Shown here piece by piece: positions 1 to 14,960 of a stretch of 64,000 bases of DNA. Position numbers and translations under genes: made by a program. The stretch's first letter is position 1, and every line of letters starts with the position of its first letter. The DNA comes from Amoebidium appalachense (lineage: Eukaryota > Protista > Ichthyosporea): the NCBI GenBank assembly GCA_963693365.1, contig CAVNZM010000007.1, positions 6,817,962 to 6,881,961 on the forward strand, in the 5' to 3' direction. The notes below the pieces were generated by a model. That model searched no databases. It saw only the letters and a program-made list of their open reading frames with translations, and was not told the origin of the DNA.

Positions 1-1946
1 CGCTCCCTCCCCGTTGTAGCCAGCGTAAATTTCGAGAATTCGGGTTTTTTAATTGGCGCGTTGGGGCCTTTCGGTTGGATGTAACCCCCCCGTTGAAGCT
101 GCAAAAGTGCCAATTCGTACGGGCCACCTTTAGCCTCCTTAGTGAGGCTCAGATTGCACCTTAATTGGGCCCAGGGACGTAGCGAACCTTTAACCCCTTG
201 TAGACCCGCATCGTGCCCATACATCAGCGCCAAAAGGACGAGGGGGAGAGCCTGCGGTAAAATTTCAAGCGCTTGGATCCCCGCTGCCGAGGGGGGGTCC
301 TTCGTCGTGCGGGGTTTCGGGGCCGGTGCCGTCGGTGGTGGTAGCGTCGATGAAAAATTGTCGTTGGTGGTGGTGGTGGTGGTGGTGGTGGGGGACTTCA
401 AACGAGAGTGGTGGTTTCGTTGTGAAAAAAAAGGGGATCTCCCCCTATCTCTGTCCAGTGAATTCGCCCTGAAAAGGGATGGGCTTCCGCGCCGGTCGCT
501 TGAATTCTGTCGCGCGAGGGGGTGGGGGTGTGGGTGGGCGTGAGGGTGGTGGGATGCGGAAAGGGAAACTGATTCCTTGCTCACCTGTCTGCTTGCCGAA
601 CGACCACTAGCGATTCTTTCGCTACTCGGCGTGTGTTGGCGAGTGTAAAGAAGACGATCTCTCTCCCTCTCAATATCCATGTTTTCTCCCGTACGGGAAA
701 CGTTTTCGTGGCTCATTCTTGTATAACGAACCCCGCCTGTTTCCGGATCCGTTTCCTTGCTCCGCCCAATCGAAGTTTCGTTTCTGGATGGGCGGCCTAG
801 CGTGACGTCTGCCACTTTTCTGGACGATATGTCCAGAAGTATCTTTGGGTCTGTACCCGCTTGTAGGCAGTAGCTCTCTCTCGATGCCCACGCCACGTCG
901 CACGGCGTTCCAAAAAGAAGAAGAAAGTCCCCCAAAACGTCTGTTGGTTTTCTCCGTTGCGCAACCATACCGGAGAGGACTTCCAATGCGCGAACAAGCC
1001 CCTCGTGTAGGTGTCTTACTCCCTTGCGCGTGACGGAATCCTCGCCAAGAAATCGCGCAAATTCATCTACGCAGTTTTCTGGACGGTCAAACGTCCAGGG
1101 AATATACGCCTTGCTCCACGTTCCTTCCGTTTGGTACGTTGCTTGTGCGGCGTCTCTATACCTCTTGTATATCGCTTGTACGATGACTGAAACGGCGGGA
1201 GAGGGTGCCTGGGCGCGCACGACGCGAAGACACGCCAAGATGTGCGGGTTTGGGTCAAATTCGAGGCAAGAACCCCTCACCAAATTTTCAAAATCCAGGC
1301 GTAAATCGCTCACGTCGAAACGTTCAAACGTCTTTTCGTCGCCGCCCAACCAGTGTTCATCGATCTCCGCCGACCGCCAACACAACTGCGGAAAGAAGAA
1401 CATCGCCTTCTCATTTGCCGAAATTTCGCCGCCTTCCCCAAACCCCACGTAGAGATTTGTCACGTCTTGTCGTCCGTCCAAAGCAGACATGTTTGGCCTC
1501 ACAAGGAGAAGAACGGAACGCATTTCGCTGGTGGGGTCAGTGTTGATATTCGGGCGTATATACACATGTTGAAGGTCTGTGTCGGGAACAAGCTGTATGT
1601 CCACCTTGTAAACATACACGTCAAGGGAGGGTATTGTTGTTGCTTGTTCTTGTTCCTTCGTGGCGGCGGTGGGATTTGAAGAAGAAGTAGAAGGGGGGTT
1701 CTTTACGCCGACTCTGAGACGATAGGCCAAGTTGTTCTCGTTTAGGTTAATGTGGTTGCAGACTTTGCGGATGTGTAAGAGGTGTCCCTGGTCGGCCTGG
1801 AAAAACCGGAGTTTTTGCTTGGAATTTCCGGGTTTGATGAAGTCTTGGATAGCCGAGCATGTTTCGCATTTGGCGTCTTCCGGGGTACATGGTGGGCAGC
1901 AGGGAATCACTTGGGCAGCAATGTCGGCTGCCGTCCATGCTTTGCC

Positions 1947-1948
<2 letters not shown>
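1..1948 (-). CDS. Large exon (~650 codons) of an uncharacterised protein, running off the left edge; probable upstream exon at 2531-2641
   Basis: Hand translation gives a stop-free frame from an acceptor after a CA repeat (cacag|ACGGC at 1948) to base 1: DGKAWTAADIAAQVIPCCPPCTPEDAKCETC...YVYKVDIQLVPD...FPQLCWRSAEIDEHWLGG...WSKAYIPWTFDRPENC. It is absent from the ORF track because no stop lies in the window. No domain recognised. Confidence 0.75.
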
Positions 1949-2019
<71 letters not shown>

Positions 2020-2670
2020 CGTGTGTGTGTGTGTGCGTGCGCGCTCGCGTGCGTGAATGTATGAGTGTGCGTGTGTGTGAGGGGCGGGCGGATGGGCGGG
2101 GCGCCGGGGGGGGGGGGGGGAGGGGGAGGGGGGAGGGGGGGGAGGGGAGGGGCAGAGGGAAGGGGGCGGAGAGGAGCTTGGGGGAAAGGAAATGTGTGGA
2201 AGGTGGCGATAGTGGTGGGATGTTAAGCTATAACGGTGCACAACCATAAAAACACGTTATTGGTGCAGAGCATGAATTACACGCAGACACCAAAAATACA
2301 ATCAATATAGAACAGAAGCAGAGCCCATGCTCACTAAGGGAACAATGTGTGTGGGGGGAGGGGGAAGGGGGGGGGGGGGGGGAGGAGAGAGATAGACCCG
2401 GGGGGGGGGAGGGGGGAAGAGAGAGAGAGAGGCCAAACACCGAACCACAAAGAACCCTAAAAAAAAGCCTCGATAATGGGGGTGCCCCCTTCTCCCCCCC
2501 CCCCCCCCCCCCCCCCCCCCCCACCCCCACCTGCCCCCCTTTTCCCGGCCCTGAGTTGAGCTCAGGCTCTCGAGCAGCTTGCCAACACAAAACCACGGAA
2601 TATTCTAAAAAGGCATCGTGCAAGGCTTCAAACCAAGGCATCTGCAAAAGTTGTCAAAGAAGGGAGAGCT

Positions 2671-2706
<36 letters not shown>

Positions 2707-2793
2707 GGCAGGAGCGTTGGGCAAGTGAGAAAGAAGGATAAGGGCAATGGCGGTCAATGATTGGGATAGAAGGTGATGGGAAAAGGGGGAGAA

Positions 2794-2832
<39 letters not shown>

Positions 2833-4418
2833 AGAGGAAGGGAAGAAGAGAAAGAGAAAAATGTGTGATAAAGAGAGAGAGTGTGTGTGAGGTAAATGTC
2901 ATGGGATGAGATGTGCAGAGTCTGGGTGGGCTTAGTTGCAAGAACAACACGTCTCCTTTGTTCAAGCATTCACACTTCAAATCCGGGTTTAGAGAGAGCC
3001 CAAAGTGCCAGCAGAGCACGGTGGAGATGGTGGAAGAAGGATGGGAGGGAGTGCGGTCTGGTTTCTTAGAAACATTCTTCGGCTTGTTGAATAGAGAGGG
3101 TGCATTGACGTCAAGGAGAGCACAAGGAGAATTCAGGAGGGATGGGGGAAGGGGGGGGGGCAGGGGGGAGGGGGGAGGAAGGGGGGAAAGGGGGGAGACA
3201 ACGATGTCTTAGTTTGAGCATCTGGCACAAAAGGAAAGTCATCTAAGCACCACAGCTCCACTGAAACTGCGACCTACCATCCATGTTGGCACACTGGTCT
3301 CACAAACGGATTCACTCTGCTGCAGCCCGGCCCATTCTCCCCCACACAACACCCTCTTTGGTGGCTTGAGAGCAGTAAACGCCAAAGCTCATCACAAAGA
3401 TCGAAACATGGGACACCTTCTATGTGTAGCCAACCCCCAAGTTCAATACCAACTCATCGAAATGAACGTGTAAAACATCCTATAAGAAACAAACATAAAT
3501 TGCTCTACATATAGGCCCCTCTGAAGGTCACAACGTTCGGTTTTCGAGGTGTCACGGTGTCGCACCAAAACTTTGAAATAGAGCAAGTTCTAGGGAATCT
3601 TGCGGTTTTGCTATATTTGGGTAGCTTTATAGCCAAAAATGGCTAACGCAACCCCCGGTCCGGTCGACGGTCAGGGGGGCGGATATATCTCGACGTATAT
3701 CCGGAACCCATAAAAGCTCTGGGCGAGATACCAAAAACAACGCACAATTGTTCGAGCTGTTTACCACCTGTGCATGCAGCCGTATGTAGCATGCATAAGC
3801 TTTATGACTAATTTATGCATGTAAATATAATCTCTTACTGCTTTACTACCTACCGGTCATAATCAAACATCAAAAGAACGGTTCCGCAAGTAATATTATA
3901 GACCGTCACGTGGTCTCAGACACATTTCGAATTCGGTTTGAGATATTCTCAGCGAGGAACACGTGAACAGGGGTTGTGCACACGAACTCGCAACAGCGTT
4001 TATAAGAGAATGCATCTGTGCTGGGCTTGAATAGCCCCAATATCCAATTTTTTTTTAAAGCGCAAATGCAGACAAGCAAGCCATGCCTGCCATGCCACCC
4101 GGAGTGTGGCCCATCAGTGCGCAGGTAATGCAGCTTGCGCCCATATGTATAATTCAGTGTGAACTACATAAAAGTTTCGCGAATATGCCGCATGTGTATG
4201 TGTGTGCGCACGCTTGCGTACCCAGCAACGATGCGTAATAGGATGTGCGTGCCTGTATGCGTGTGTGCAGGTGTGCATGTGCATGTGCATGTGCCATGTG
4301 CCATATGGACGCTTGCCCTGGTGCGATAATTTACAAAAGCCTACCTACATATGCTATTATGCAATCTGAGGTGCCGCTGGCTGGGTTGGTGTGTATGTGT
4401 GTGTGTGGGGGGGGGGGG

Positions 4419-4454
<36 letters not shown>

Positions 4455-5175
4455 TCATCTAATTGGGTGAAGATCTCAAAAAAAGTGGTTATTTGGAGAG
4501 ATTCTTCAGAACAAGTACATATCACTTCTCGGCTCGATTGCATATGCAACTTTAAGACTTTTCCCTATCAAAGGGGAATGTAAATTCACAACTTGCTATA
4601 GAAGGCTAATATTTTTTATTAATTATTCACAACCTACTATCTCATAAATGATAAATCTACAAGAACATCCACACGTATCGTACATCAAATTCACATCATT
4701 AACGTTCAATAATTCACCACCACTCAGGTACATAAATTCATCACCTAGCTACCAAAAACAAATTCATAGCATCGCACATTGAAACGAATTCCAAAAGACC
4801 GGCTCACTAAGTTAACGACATAACAGTCAAACTTCATGGGCTAAAGACACCTCATTGAAAATTTTTATCACGACTTTCACTTACAACAGGCTGTGGGTTT
4901 TCTACAGACATGTTCCATCTTCAGAAATCTCAATCTAAAGCATCAACATTCGGGGAAGAAAATAAAAAATACGAAAGCAAAAACATTCTGCCTGCACCTT
5001 CTACCCCCCCCCCCCCCCCCCCCCCCCCCCTTCCCCTCCCCCTCCCCCCTGTCCCCTCCTCGCCCCCGCCTTTCGCCCCCTTCCCCCTCCCTCTACCATC
5101 ATCACCGTGGCATCACACACCACACACAAAGGCACTCACGCGACACATGCACACACACGGGCACCAGCCCCCCCC

Positions 5176-5322
<147 letters not shown>

Positions 5323-5718
5323 TTGCAACCTCTTCCCAGCCATCCAAATTGCGGCGCAAACATGCAAGCCACGCACAGAATTCCCCACTAACATTTGAAA
5401 CACATTCACAGATAATAACATATACAACACCGGGTTCCCGGAAAAGAAAAAAACATGAAAGAATTTATAGACAATACGATAAGAAACCGAAGAGAAAAGC
5501 ATTAACAGAATGAAGCCTGTCACAGTAGAAGTCAACAAAACAGCGTCTTTAGGTCACACCGACTCCAGGCCCCGGTTGTCACCTAATGGAAGAAACAAGA
5601 GGGTGATTGGTTGGTCCAAGGTCCCGGGGGAATAATGATCGTGAGACATACACGTACGTTCACTTGAGTTGCTTGTGTGCTTGCTGGTGTGTATCTGTGC
5701 ATCATCTGTCTCCTTCCC

Positions 5719-5776
<58 letters not shown>

Positions 5777-5899
5777 AAAAAAAAAAAAACAAACACCAAC
5801 CAAACAACCCCCACCTCCCCGACCACACGTTTTACACACACAGACATCACTGGAAGGGGAGGGGGATGGGGGGGGGGGGGGGGGGGGGAGGGGGGGGAC

Positions 5900-7463
5900 T
5901 CACCGGTGATAGTCGTCTTCGATTGTTATGACGGCAGGCGCGCAGTACGCACATTGGCACGTGACCTGGGACGTATGGTCGCACCCGATTGGGTCAATAT
6001 CATCCAGCCACTCATCCCACGGTCTCCTTTCTCCCGCACGGCTCAACCTATCCCTCAGCGCCCGCTCTGCCCGTAACCACGCGCCCAAAGCCGACCCGCC
6101 TTTCTCGGATTTTTGGGTTTCCTTTACCGGATTTTCACCTATTTCCCTCCCACTGTCATTCACATTCACGGGTTTACATTCGTCGACAACAATCTTTCCA
6201 GATGACGGAATCCCATTTTTACCGACAGTAGGTGCAACGTCCGATTCCGTCGACTCAATTTTCGGCTCAATTTTGGGGGGTCCAAGCGGGTGGGTGGTAT
6301 CATTTACACTGCCGTTGCTCACAGGGGGGGTTTTTTCAGCCATCATTTTGCTCTTTGCCAGAAGCTGCATTACCTTTTCCTTCCTCGCCCGTTTCACGCT
6401 CACATCCACGCCCTTTCCTTGTCCCTGCCCCTGCACCTCTGCACTCAAGGCACGGGCCACACCCATATCCACATTCTCCACCCCTTCCAGCCGCTCCTCC
6501 TCTCCACCACTACCGCTCCCACCCGTCACATTTACATCCACCGCACCCGTTTCCGTTTTTCCCGATGAAAAAACGGTTGCCGTCGTTGTCGCAGGTGTCG
6601 GCACCGGTGTGGCAGCGATCGCCGTCGAAGCCAAAAACCCGTATTTTTTATCGCGTTTCCGCAAAGCCGCCTCGATTTGGCCTATGGCGACATGTGCGGG
6701 GCTGGCAGGGGAAGACGGTGGATCACATGACCAGGACACAAACACCACGTGACAACCCACCCGAACAATAAGTACTGCTTGCACATACAGGGCCAATAGA
6801 GCGTCCGATCGGCACAATCCCATGTCCCCCTTGGCGTCGACGGCGTATTCCGGAAAGACGATCACCACCGCGCGCGATCCGTGAAACCGGTCGACCAATG
6901 GATTGTCGCCGTCGCGAAGCAATTCGCCCGCCTCCTCCAATGAAATAGTCTCAACCGTCGGTTTCTTTGCGCCTGGCTCGTTCTGCGTCGACTTTCCTTT
7001 CCCACGTGCAGCGAAAAACGAAGAATTTGTAGGCATCGGCAGTGTCTCCTCCCCTTCCCGCGATCTTAGTACCACCGTCAACGAAATGAGCAACCAATAA
7101 CGCAAATGTAAACGCTGTTTCGACGCTAGAGACCAACGCGACGTGGGCGTTGTTTTCGATCCCCGCGACGGATATCGCGACGTACGAAGTAAACTGGGCT
7201 GTGCTGGTTTTCTTCGACAGAAAATCGTTCGCGTGCACACAGAACACGGAAAATGTTCCCCCCCCGCCGCTGCCGCCGCCGCCACTGCCGTTCATTGGTG
7301 CGGACTGCTGCCCGCCGCGTCCCGATATGGTTATTGACGATGGATTTGGTTGGCTGCCGTGGCCGTTTAGGTGCCTGATGCGGTTGAAGACTACTCTCTT
7401 GTTGTCCAGTCGATGGTGGAGGGAGAGATGGACAACGGCAACCTCGACGGTGCCCCGTAGAAT
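5900..7463 (-). CDS. Large exon of an uncharacterised protein with one internal frameshift; may be the 3' part of the gene at 8794-15858
   Basis: Branch-like GCTGAC plus acceptor tcgcag| at 7463. Overlapping ORFs 6951-7559 and 5900-7285 contain a globular-looking core (RAVVIVFPEYAVD...LYVQAVLIVRVGCHVVFVSW) and a Cys-rich end (CDHTSQVTCQCAYC). Confidence 0.6.
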
Positions 7464-7849
7464 CTGCGATAATTGTAATGTCAGCAAAATGGTTTTGTTT
7501 CCATGGCTAATATTAGATGTTGTGTGTGCGTGCGTGTGTGCGTGCGCGCATGTGTGCATGGGTGGGTGTGTTGTTGGGGGGGTGGGGAGGGGAAGGGGGG
7601 AGGGGGAGGGAGGGTGGGAGGGAGGGAGGGAGGGAGGGAGGGAGGGAGGGAGGGAGGGAGGGAGGGAGGGGGAGGGGGGAAAGGGGGGGAGAGAGAGAGA
7701 GAGAAAGAGAGAGAGGGGGGGGGGGGGGGGGGGGAGGGAGGATGGGCGGGAGGGAAGGGGATTGTGAGGTTAAGGGGCAGGGCCGATGGCCCGTTAGTTT
7801 TGAAAGACAATTATGAGAAAGGGCAGGGAGGTGGAGAAAACACCAGGGG

Positions 7850-7933
<84 letters not shown>

Positions 7934-8553
7934 CGGGGGGGGGGGGGGGGTAGTAGGATGTGTTACAGAGTACGAAGTACACATTCACGACGAGCAACAA
8001 ATGCACATTGCAAAGCACAATAAAAATCAAAGCTATGCATCATAGGCATAAGGAAGCTGGGGGGGGGGAGGGGGGGGGGAGGAGAAAGGGCGCGAGAAGG
8101 GGGAGAACAGGGGGGAGGAGGAGGAGTTTGCGGGGGGAGGGGGGAGGGGGGTTGGGGGTTGGGGGTTGGGGGGGGGGGGGGGGTGAGGCTGAGAGGTTAA
8201 GGGAAAGGGCTGATAGAAGGGTGGTTTTGTTAACAGGAGGAAAGGGAGGGCCGGCAGGCCGATCGGCAGGCAGGCAGGCAGGCAGGCACGATTGATCAAG
8301 GCGGCAAATCTACAAAGACCATTCAAATGCGTAGCGCTATTCAAAAGTATGTAGAAGACCCCTTCCGCCTCTCGTGTTAGCTCTGCCATCTCGAGCTATG
8401 CAAATAATTAAAAAGATGACGAGGTCTGATCTACCAATCACATCGGCCCATGTAAAGATTCCGAGCTCAACCCTGTAGCCTGTGTGTACCGGACCAGAGA
8501 CAGGAACTTGGGCCACGCAAGCACGCCCACAGACACATACACGATTACACACA

Positions 8554-8587
<34 letters not shown>

Positions 8588-8699
8588 ACCCCAACCTCAA
8601 CCTATCTCCCCCCCATTCCCCCCCCCTCCCCCCCTTCCCACCTCCAACCCCCCACCCTCACCCCACTTACCCCCCCCCCCCCCCCCGCACCCAACCCTC

Positions 8700-8754
<55 letters not shown>

Positions 8755-8793
8755 ACACCCACCCCTATCCGGCCCGCCCACCCGCCCACCCAC

Positions 8794-11709
8794 CTTCACA
8801 GGCCACCAAAATGCAACATTCGGCACACGCACGTTCGTTGTCACCAAACCCATAACCCGTCCCAACCGGCCCAAGACCGTATCAAACTTATCATGCATCT
8901 TATACATCTCCTGCTTCTCTCTCACCACCGTCACCCTCTCCTCCCTCCCGGTTCCTTCGACACTTGCCCCTCGTACACGTGCTCTCTCCATCACAACATC
9001 GCCAACGTTCATCGAAAAAACCCGCAACAGCTCCCGCGAAAACCCCGCAAACGCCGTGGATATCTGGGTCCCCGCATCGGGCCGAGGAACAAGAACCCCC
9101 ATACGCGAAAATTCCGACATCAATATTGGATAAAGCGACATAACATTGCCACAGAAATGCAGACCCATCACACTTAAGAGATAATCCGGATAGTGGTGCT
9201 CTTCCACCTGATCTTCAGCCAATAGCGCGTGTGCGCCCAAAATAACCAGGCCCAACTCCCCGAAAGCCGACTTTAAGGGCTCCACGCTCCGCGTCTTAAC
9301 CATCCGCAGCACCAGATCCTTGGGCGTGATCCTCTCCCAATCATCCGGCGCCGTTTCAGACCCGATCGACCTTGTGCTCTCCCGCCGCACCCGCTCGTTA
9401 CCACCCGTCGAGATGTCGAGTCGTTCCCGTTTCCTATTGGGCGGGCTGGGGCTCCTACTTGCATTCCGTCCCCCTTTCCCCACAATTTTCGATCTCACAC
9501 CTCCACTCCTACTCCTACTCCTACTCCGGCTCCGACTCCTACTCCGGCTACGGGAATGCGACGAACGATTCCTCCGGCTTGGGGACCGACTGCGCCCCCT
9601 CCTACCATATTTGGAAGGTGACGGGGACCCCCTTCCCACGTGTGACCGGCTGTGGCTCCGACTCCGACTGGGACTTCGGCTTCGGGTCCGACTCCGACTT
9701 TTGCTGCTCCTTCCCTCCCGATCCTGTCTCGATCTTGGCCGATTAGGACTTCTCGGGGTCTGCAGGCTCCCCGATCCGGCGCCCGATTGCACGATCTCGT
9801 TGGTGGGTTGTGTGATCGACGCAGCGACGCCAGTGAAAGGCACACCGTCGGCGTTGTCGGATTCGCGATCTCCCGTAATCAACTCCATCGGGGTGGGTTC
9901 CAAGGGGTCATAGGCGTCCACAATTTCGGTGGAAGGGGGAAGGGCAAGTAGGGCCGGTGGCGGGGGCAAAACCCGGAACTGGGGTTCATCCTCGTCCGAA
10001 TCGGTAAGATCGTACCCTTGATCTTCCACCGATCTCGTCATTGCGGGTTCAGTTGGCGGCGCATCGCCCTGTGCGATTGGAGCAGTTTCGGGCTGCGGCG
10101 GCACCGATGGCTCGGATTTTAAGAATTTGCTCCAAATATTTGGTCTTGATGGCCGCTTTGCCGTTGCCGATTTAACCGGAACCAAATCGGTACACGTCGT
10201 AGCCGTGGGGGTCTCGGAGGGGGGGGTTTGTGCAACCAAAGACCCCGAAATTTCCGTTGTCTCATTGGCTGCCGTCGAGGGGTTGTTTGGGTTCACATCC
10301 CACTTCTCCGCTCGGCTCTTTGTCCTTTTTCGAACCCTGGGTTCCGTTGCAACGGCCGAAGGCTCAGGGTTAGAATCCCCATTTCCAGCAGCGGCACCAG
10401 CGACAGGGTTTGAAACACCCTGGGTTTCGTTGACTGCGGTGTTGGTGGTGGTGGCGGTGGTGGTGGCGGTGGTGGTGGCGGCGGCGGGTTGGGGATAAGC
10501 GGCGGGATAGGGGTAAAACTGAGCATAGTATGCATTCCAACTTGCTTCGTGCTGCTGTGCGACACCATATGCATAGCATTGCTGCAAGTATTGTTGGTAC
10601 TGCTGGTGAAGGGCGGTGGTGGGGTCGGTAGGCGTGGATTGGGGGGGGTCCTTGGGGGGGTTCATGGTCGCCGTAGGTGCCGTAGAACGCGGGGGGTTGT
10701 TGCTGTTGGTGTCCGTGGGGGTAGTGAGGGTGGTGGTGGTGGGGGGGGGGGTTTAAAGGATAGTGTGGGTAGTGGTGGGGGTGGTGGTGTTGGGGAGGGT
10801 AGTGGTGCTGTTGTTGGTATTGGGGTGGGTGTGGTGGTGGTTGTTGATATGCATGCGGGTCGGAACTGAACTGCACCCCCGGTTGCGAATTTGAGCGACT
10901 GGGTGGGGGTCCATGACTGGGGGGGTCACCACCCGGTGGTTTTGGTTGGTCTCCCCCCGCTGGTTTTGACGCTAGCCTCTGCAGAATCCGTCCGATCGAC
11001 TGGCTCGTTTCTTCAATTGTCGTCTCTTGAAAATTTGATCGGTGGAAGCGGGGGGGTTGGTCCTGTGTCTTTGCTTGTGTTTGATTGGTCGCATTTCCCG
11101 TATTTTCCAAATTTCCATTGGGGGTAACCGCCCATATTTGAACACTTGCCGCCGTTTTTGATTCGTCCCCTGATGCCGGATTGCTATTGGTCGATGGCAG
11201 CAATGGTTGCTTTTGCCCCGCTTGGACCCCCCCTGTAGAACTTTTCCCCCCGTCAGCGGCGGCCCTGGTGGCCTGAATACTCCGTGTGAAGGCCTCGACG
11301 TCGGTGGGAGTCCAATAAAGTTGCTGGCTGACGTGGGCCATACGGGAGGAGTGGGGGGATGCATACAGGGCTAGAAATTCACCAATCACATCGTGGGATT
11401 GTTTCTGCTGAACGATCATTTCGTGCAGACGATGCAGACCCAAAATCATGGAATTGGAGTCGAGCCCAAGTGCGGACAGTGGCTGGCACTCTTCCTGTGG
11501 TCGGAAAAAGGGGCGGGAGGGGGGAGGGAGGAAGGAGAAGGTGGAGGGGGGAGGAGGAGGGAGGGAGAGAGGGGGGAAGGGAAGGAGGTAGGGGAGGGGG
11601 GAAGGGAAGTAGGGGCAGGGGAGGGAGGGAGAGAATGAAGAAGGGGAGAGGGAGGGAGGGAGGAAGGGAGCAAGAGAGGGAAGAGAAGAGAGTGAAAAGG
11701 GGGGATGAG

Positions 11710-11750
<41 letters not shown>

Positions 11751-12271
11751 GGTGGAAAGGCACATTAGGAGAGTCAAAACGAAGAGCTCTGTACAGGTAG
11801 ATACAGCACGCTGACCATAAGATCGAGAACAATCAGAACGCGCGGGGCGCAGTCAGGGATGAGGCCTCTGCTCCGTTTTTTTCCGGACAGAAGGACAGGC
11901 AGGTGGTGGTGGTGGGATGGGGGGGGGGGGGGGGGGGGGGGGGTTTGAATGTGTCATGAAGTACGAAAGGGGGAGGGGGGGGGGGGGGGAAGGGGGAGGG
12001 GGTGCATGTGGCCAAATGTGCACACAGGACTCACTGAGCTCTCGAGAGTCCCCAAAGATTGGGTGACAATGATGTACATGCAGAAAAAGTTTAAGCGGGA
12101 GCTGGGAGAGAAATAAGGGGCATATTGGAAGAAGGACGGGACGGGGAAGGGGGGGGAAGGGGGGGGGAGGGGGGGGGGGGGGGGGGGGGGAGGGGGGATT
12201 GGGATGGTGTGTGTGTGTGCGTGTGCTTAAGGGGAAGGGGAGGGGGGGGGGGGGGGGGGGGGATGGCAAAA

Positions 12272-12302
<31 letters not shown>

Positions 12303-14929
12303 TAAGAGAGAAAGGCTGTATGTGTGTGGATTTTGGAGAGGTAGGTGAGGGGAAGGCGGGTGAAGCAAGAGAAAAAGACACGGATTGGACGGGTGTGTGT
12401 GAGTTTTGTGTTTGCTTGTGGGAAGAGAGAAGGAGGAGGCTGTATGTATGGCAGTTTTAAATTGTACAGAATACAACCCACACCACTCCGTTCCTTTAGA
12501 CCCCCCTCGTCTCTCCTTGCCCCCGTCCCCCCCTCCCCTTGCCCCCTTCCCCCCCTCCCCCCCCCCCCCCCCCCCCCCCAAACACACACACACACACACA
12601 CCACCCTACTCCAACCACCCAGTCCAAGTACCCACCATCCCCCGCTAACCCACCCTCACATGTTACCCAATTCAATCCCCCCAACTAACCATTCGAACCA
12701 ACTTCCCACTCATCCACCTCTCACCTACACCCCAACTCCAACACCCAGCCACCCACTCACCATCTCACCAACACCCATTCACTCAGCTACCCACTCCAGA
12801 CCCCTGCTCACCCATATCCCCCCCCCCCCCCCCCCCCCCCTGCTCCCTTCCCCTCCCCCCTCCCCCCCCTTAAAAAAAAATAAAAAATAAAAATAAGAAA
12901 GGGGAAAAAGCTACCCATCTACCCACCCACTCCGACCTCCACCGTCCACTCCGATCCCCCCCCCCCCCCCCCCCCCCCCCCCTCGATAACAACCACCACT
13001 ACCACCACCACCACCACCATCACCCATCCACCCCATCACCGACTCATACACAAGAAAACCACCAGCAGCACAAACAGACCAATAGCTACAGATCAGGAGT
13101 GCTGCCTATTTCCGGGGGAGGAGGGGGGAGGGGAGGGGGGGGGGGAGGGGAGGGGGGGGGAGAGGGGGGAGAGTGGTGTGTGGGTGGGTGGGGGGAGGGG
13201 GGGAGGGGGGAGAGTGGTGTGTGGGTAGGTGGGGGGAAGGGGGGAGAGGGGGGAGGGAGAAATAACAACCCACCTTCCACAATGCCGGCTCCATGCCATA
13301 AGTCCACTTGACCGTGCAGTAGGCAGGCACAGTCCTCACCACCTTTGGTAAATCAGCAGAAACCGTCGGAAGAGCATACCACGCCGCCGCCGCCGCAGCG
13401 CACAAATGTGGGTTTGGGGCCATTTCCAATATCGCGCCGGCGGGAATATGGTGCAAATTCCCCACACGAAACGACGTGTGAAGGTGCATTACAAGCAGGT
13501 GGCCCCTCTGGTGGGCGGAAATGGCAGTGATGTGGTACTTGCCGTACTGCAGGTGCGGCGCGTAAAACAGCCCAGTATCGGACGGGAGCGAACGCATAAA
13601 TCCGGCCGCCTCCGTCATATTGCATATTTCCAGCGCCCGCGCCGTTGTGTCTATCGCCACCCGGCAGAGTTCACCGATTGTCAACCCCGGGTTTGTGGGT
13701 ATGTACACGGGGGGCATGTGCATGAAATATGCACACAGTGGTCGTACAAGCACATGGGATGCCCCTTCGGCCGCTTTTGAAGTGACGCATAGCGGACGTT
13801 TGAACAGAACAACCTTAGGAACCCCCTCCGCTGGGCCGGAGCTCGAAGTTTTGTCGGTGGGAGTGGGCGGGTTTGGCGAAATTTCAAGGTAGTGGTACAG
13901 GCGGAAATGGAGGTTTTGGGTGCGGGCGTTGATTTTGTTGCAAACTTGAGCAAGGTGCACGAAGTCAGCAAGGGAGTTGCATGGCGGATTCGACTCCTGT
14001 GAGTTGAGGAGGGATGTTAGTATGCGATATGTGGTGGTGTGTGTGTGCGTAGGCAGGGGGGGGGGGGGGGGGGGGGGGGGGAGGTGTGTGCGTGTATGCA
14101 TGTGTGCGTGTGTGCGTGCATGTGCTTGAGTGTGTGTAAGTGTAAGTGTGTGTGTGCTTGCGCGTGTGGGTGCACGCCTGATGTGTGTGTGTGTGTGTTT
14201 GTAAAGTATTTTTTCGAAAATGAAAGTGGAAAGGCGGGGAAGGGGGAGAGAGAGGTGGGGGGGGAGAGAGAGAGAGAGGCCGGGGTGGGGTGGGGGGGGG
14301 GGTGGGGTGGGGGGAGCAGCAAGGGAGGGGGGGCAGGGGGGGGGGGGGGGGGGGGTTGCACAAGTGTCCACGGGTAAGGGTTTTACCCCGGGGGGAGGGG
14401 GGATGGAGAAAATATTGGAGGGTAGGGGTGGGAGTGGGGGTAGCAGGAAAGGGAGAGACAGCATACAAAACCCAAACATCTGCCCCAGACCATATACACC
14501 CCTATTGCTTGGGAAATGTAATCACATCCTCATCCCTCCTCCTTATTCCCCCCTTTCCCCTCCCACTATCAACCGCATATGTCCCTTCCCCCCCCCCCCC
14601 TCCCATCCCCCCGCCCCCTCCCCCCACCCCCTCCCCTCCCCCCGCCCTCCCCCCCTTCCCCTTCCCCCTTCCCCTCCCACCTCCACCCCGGGCTCCCAAA
14701 GTCCCATTCTTGAACTTCCAAGTCTCTGCGTGTTCCCTGCGTGTTTTATATGGTAGTGCTTGGTGTCATCCCTCTCACCTCATTCTCTCCCCCTTCGTGC
14801 ATGTGTATGTTTTTGCGTTTAAATTCGAGTTTGCACGCAAAGCCTGCACATGTTGTAACGTCTTCAGGTGCCAAGGGCAAGTGCCGACAATAGTAACACA
14901 GGGAGGGGAGGGAGGGAGGGTGTGTGTGT

Positions 14930-14960
<31 letters not shown>

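Noticed and set aside
142-1679. Plus-strand ORFs listed at the left end
   Set aside because: Antisense shadows of the long minus-strand exon 1-1948.
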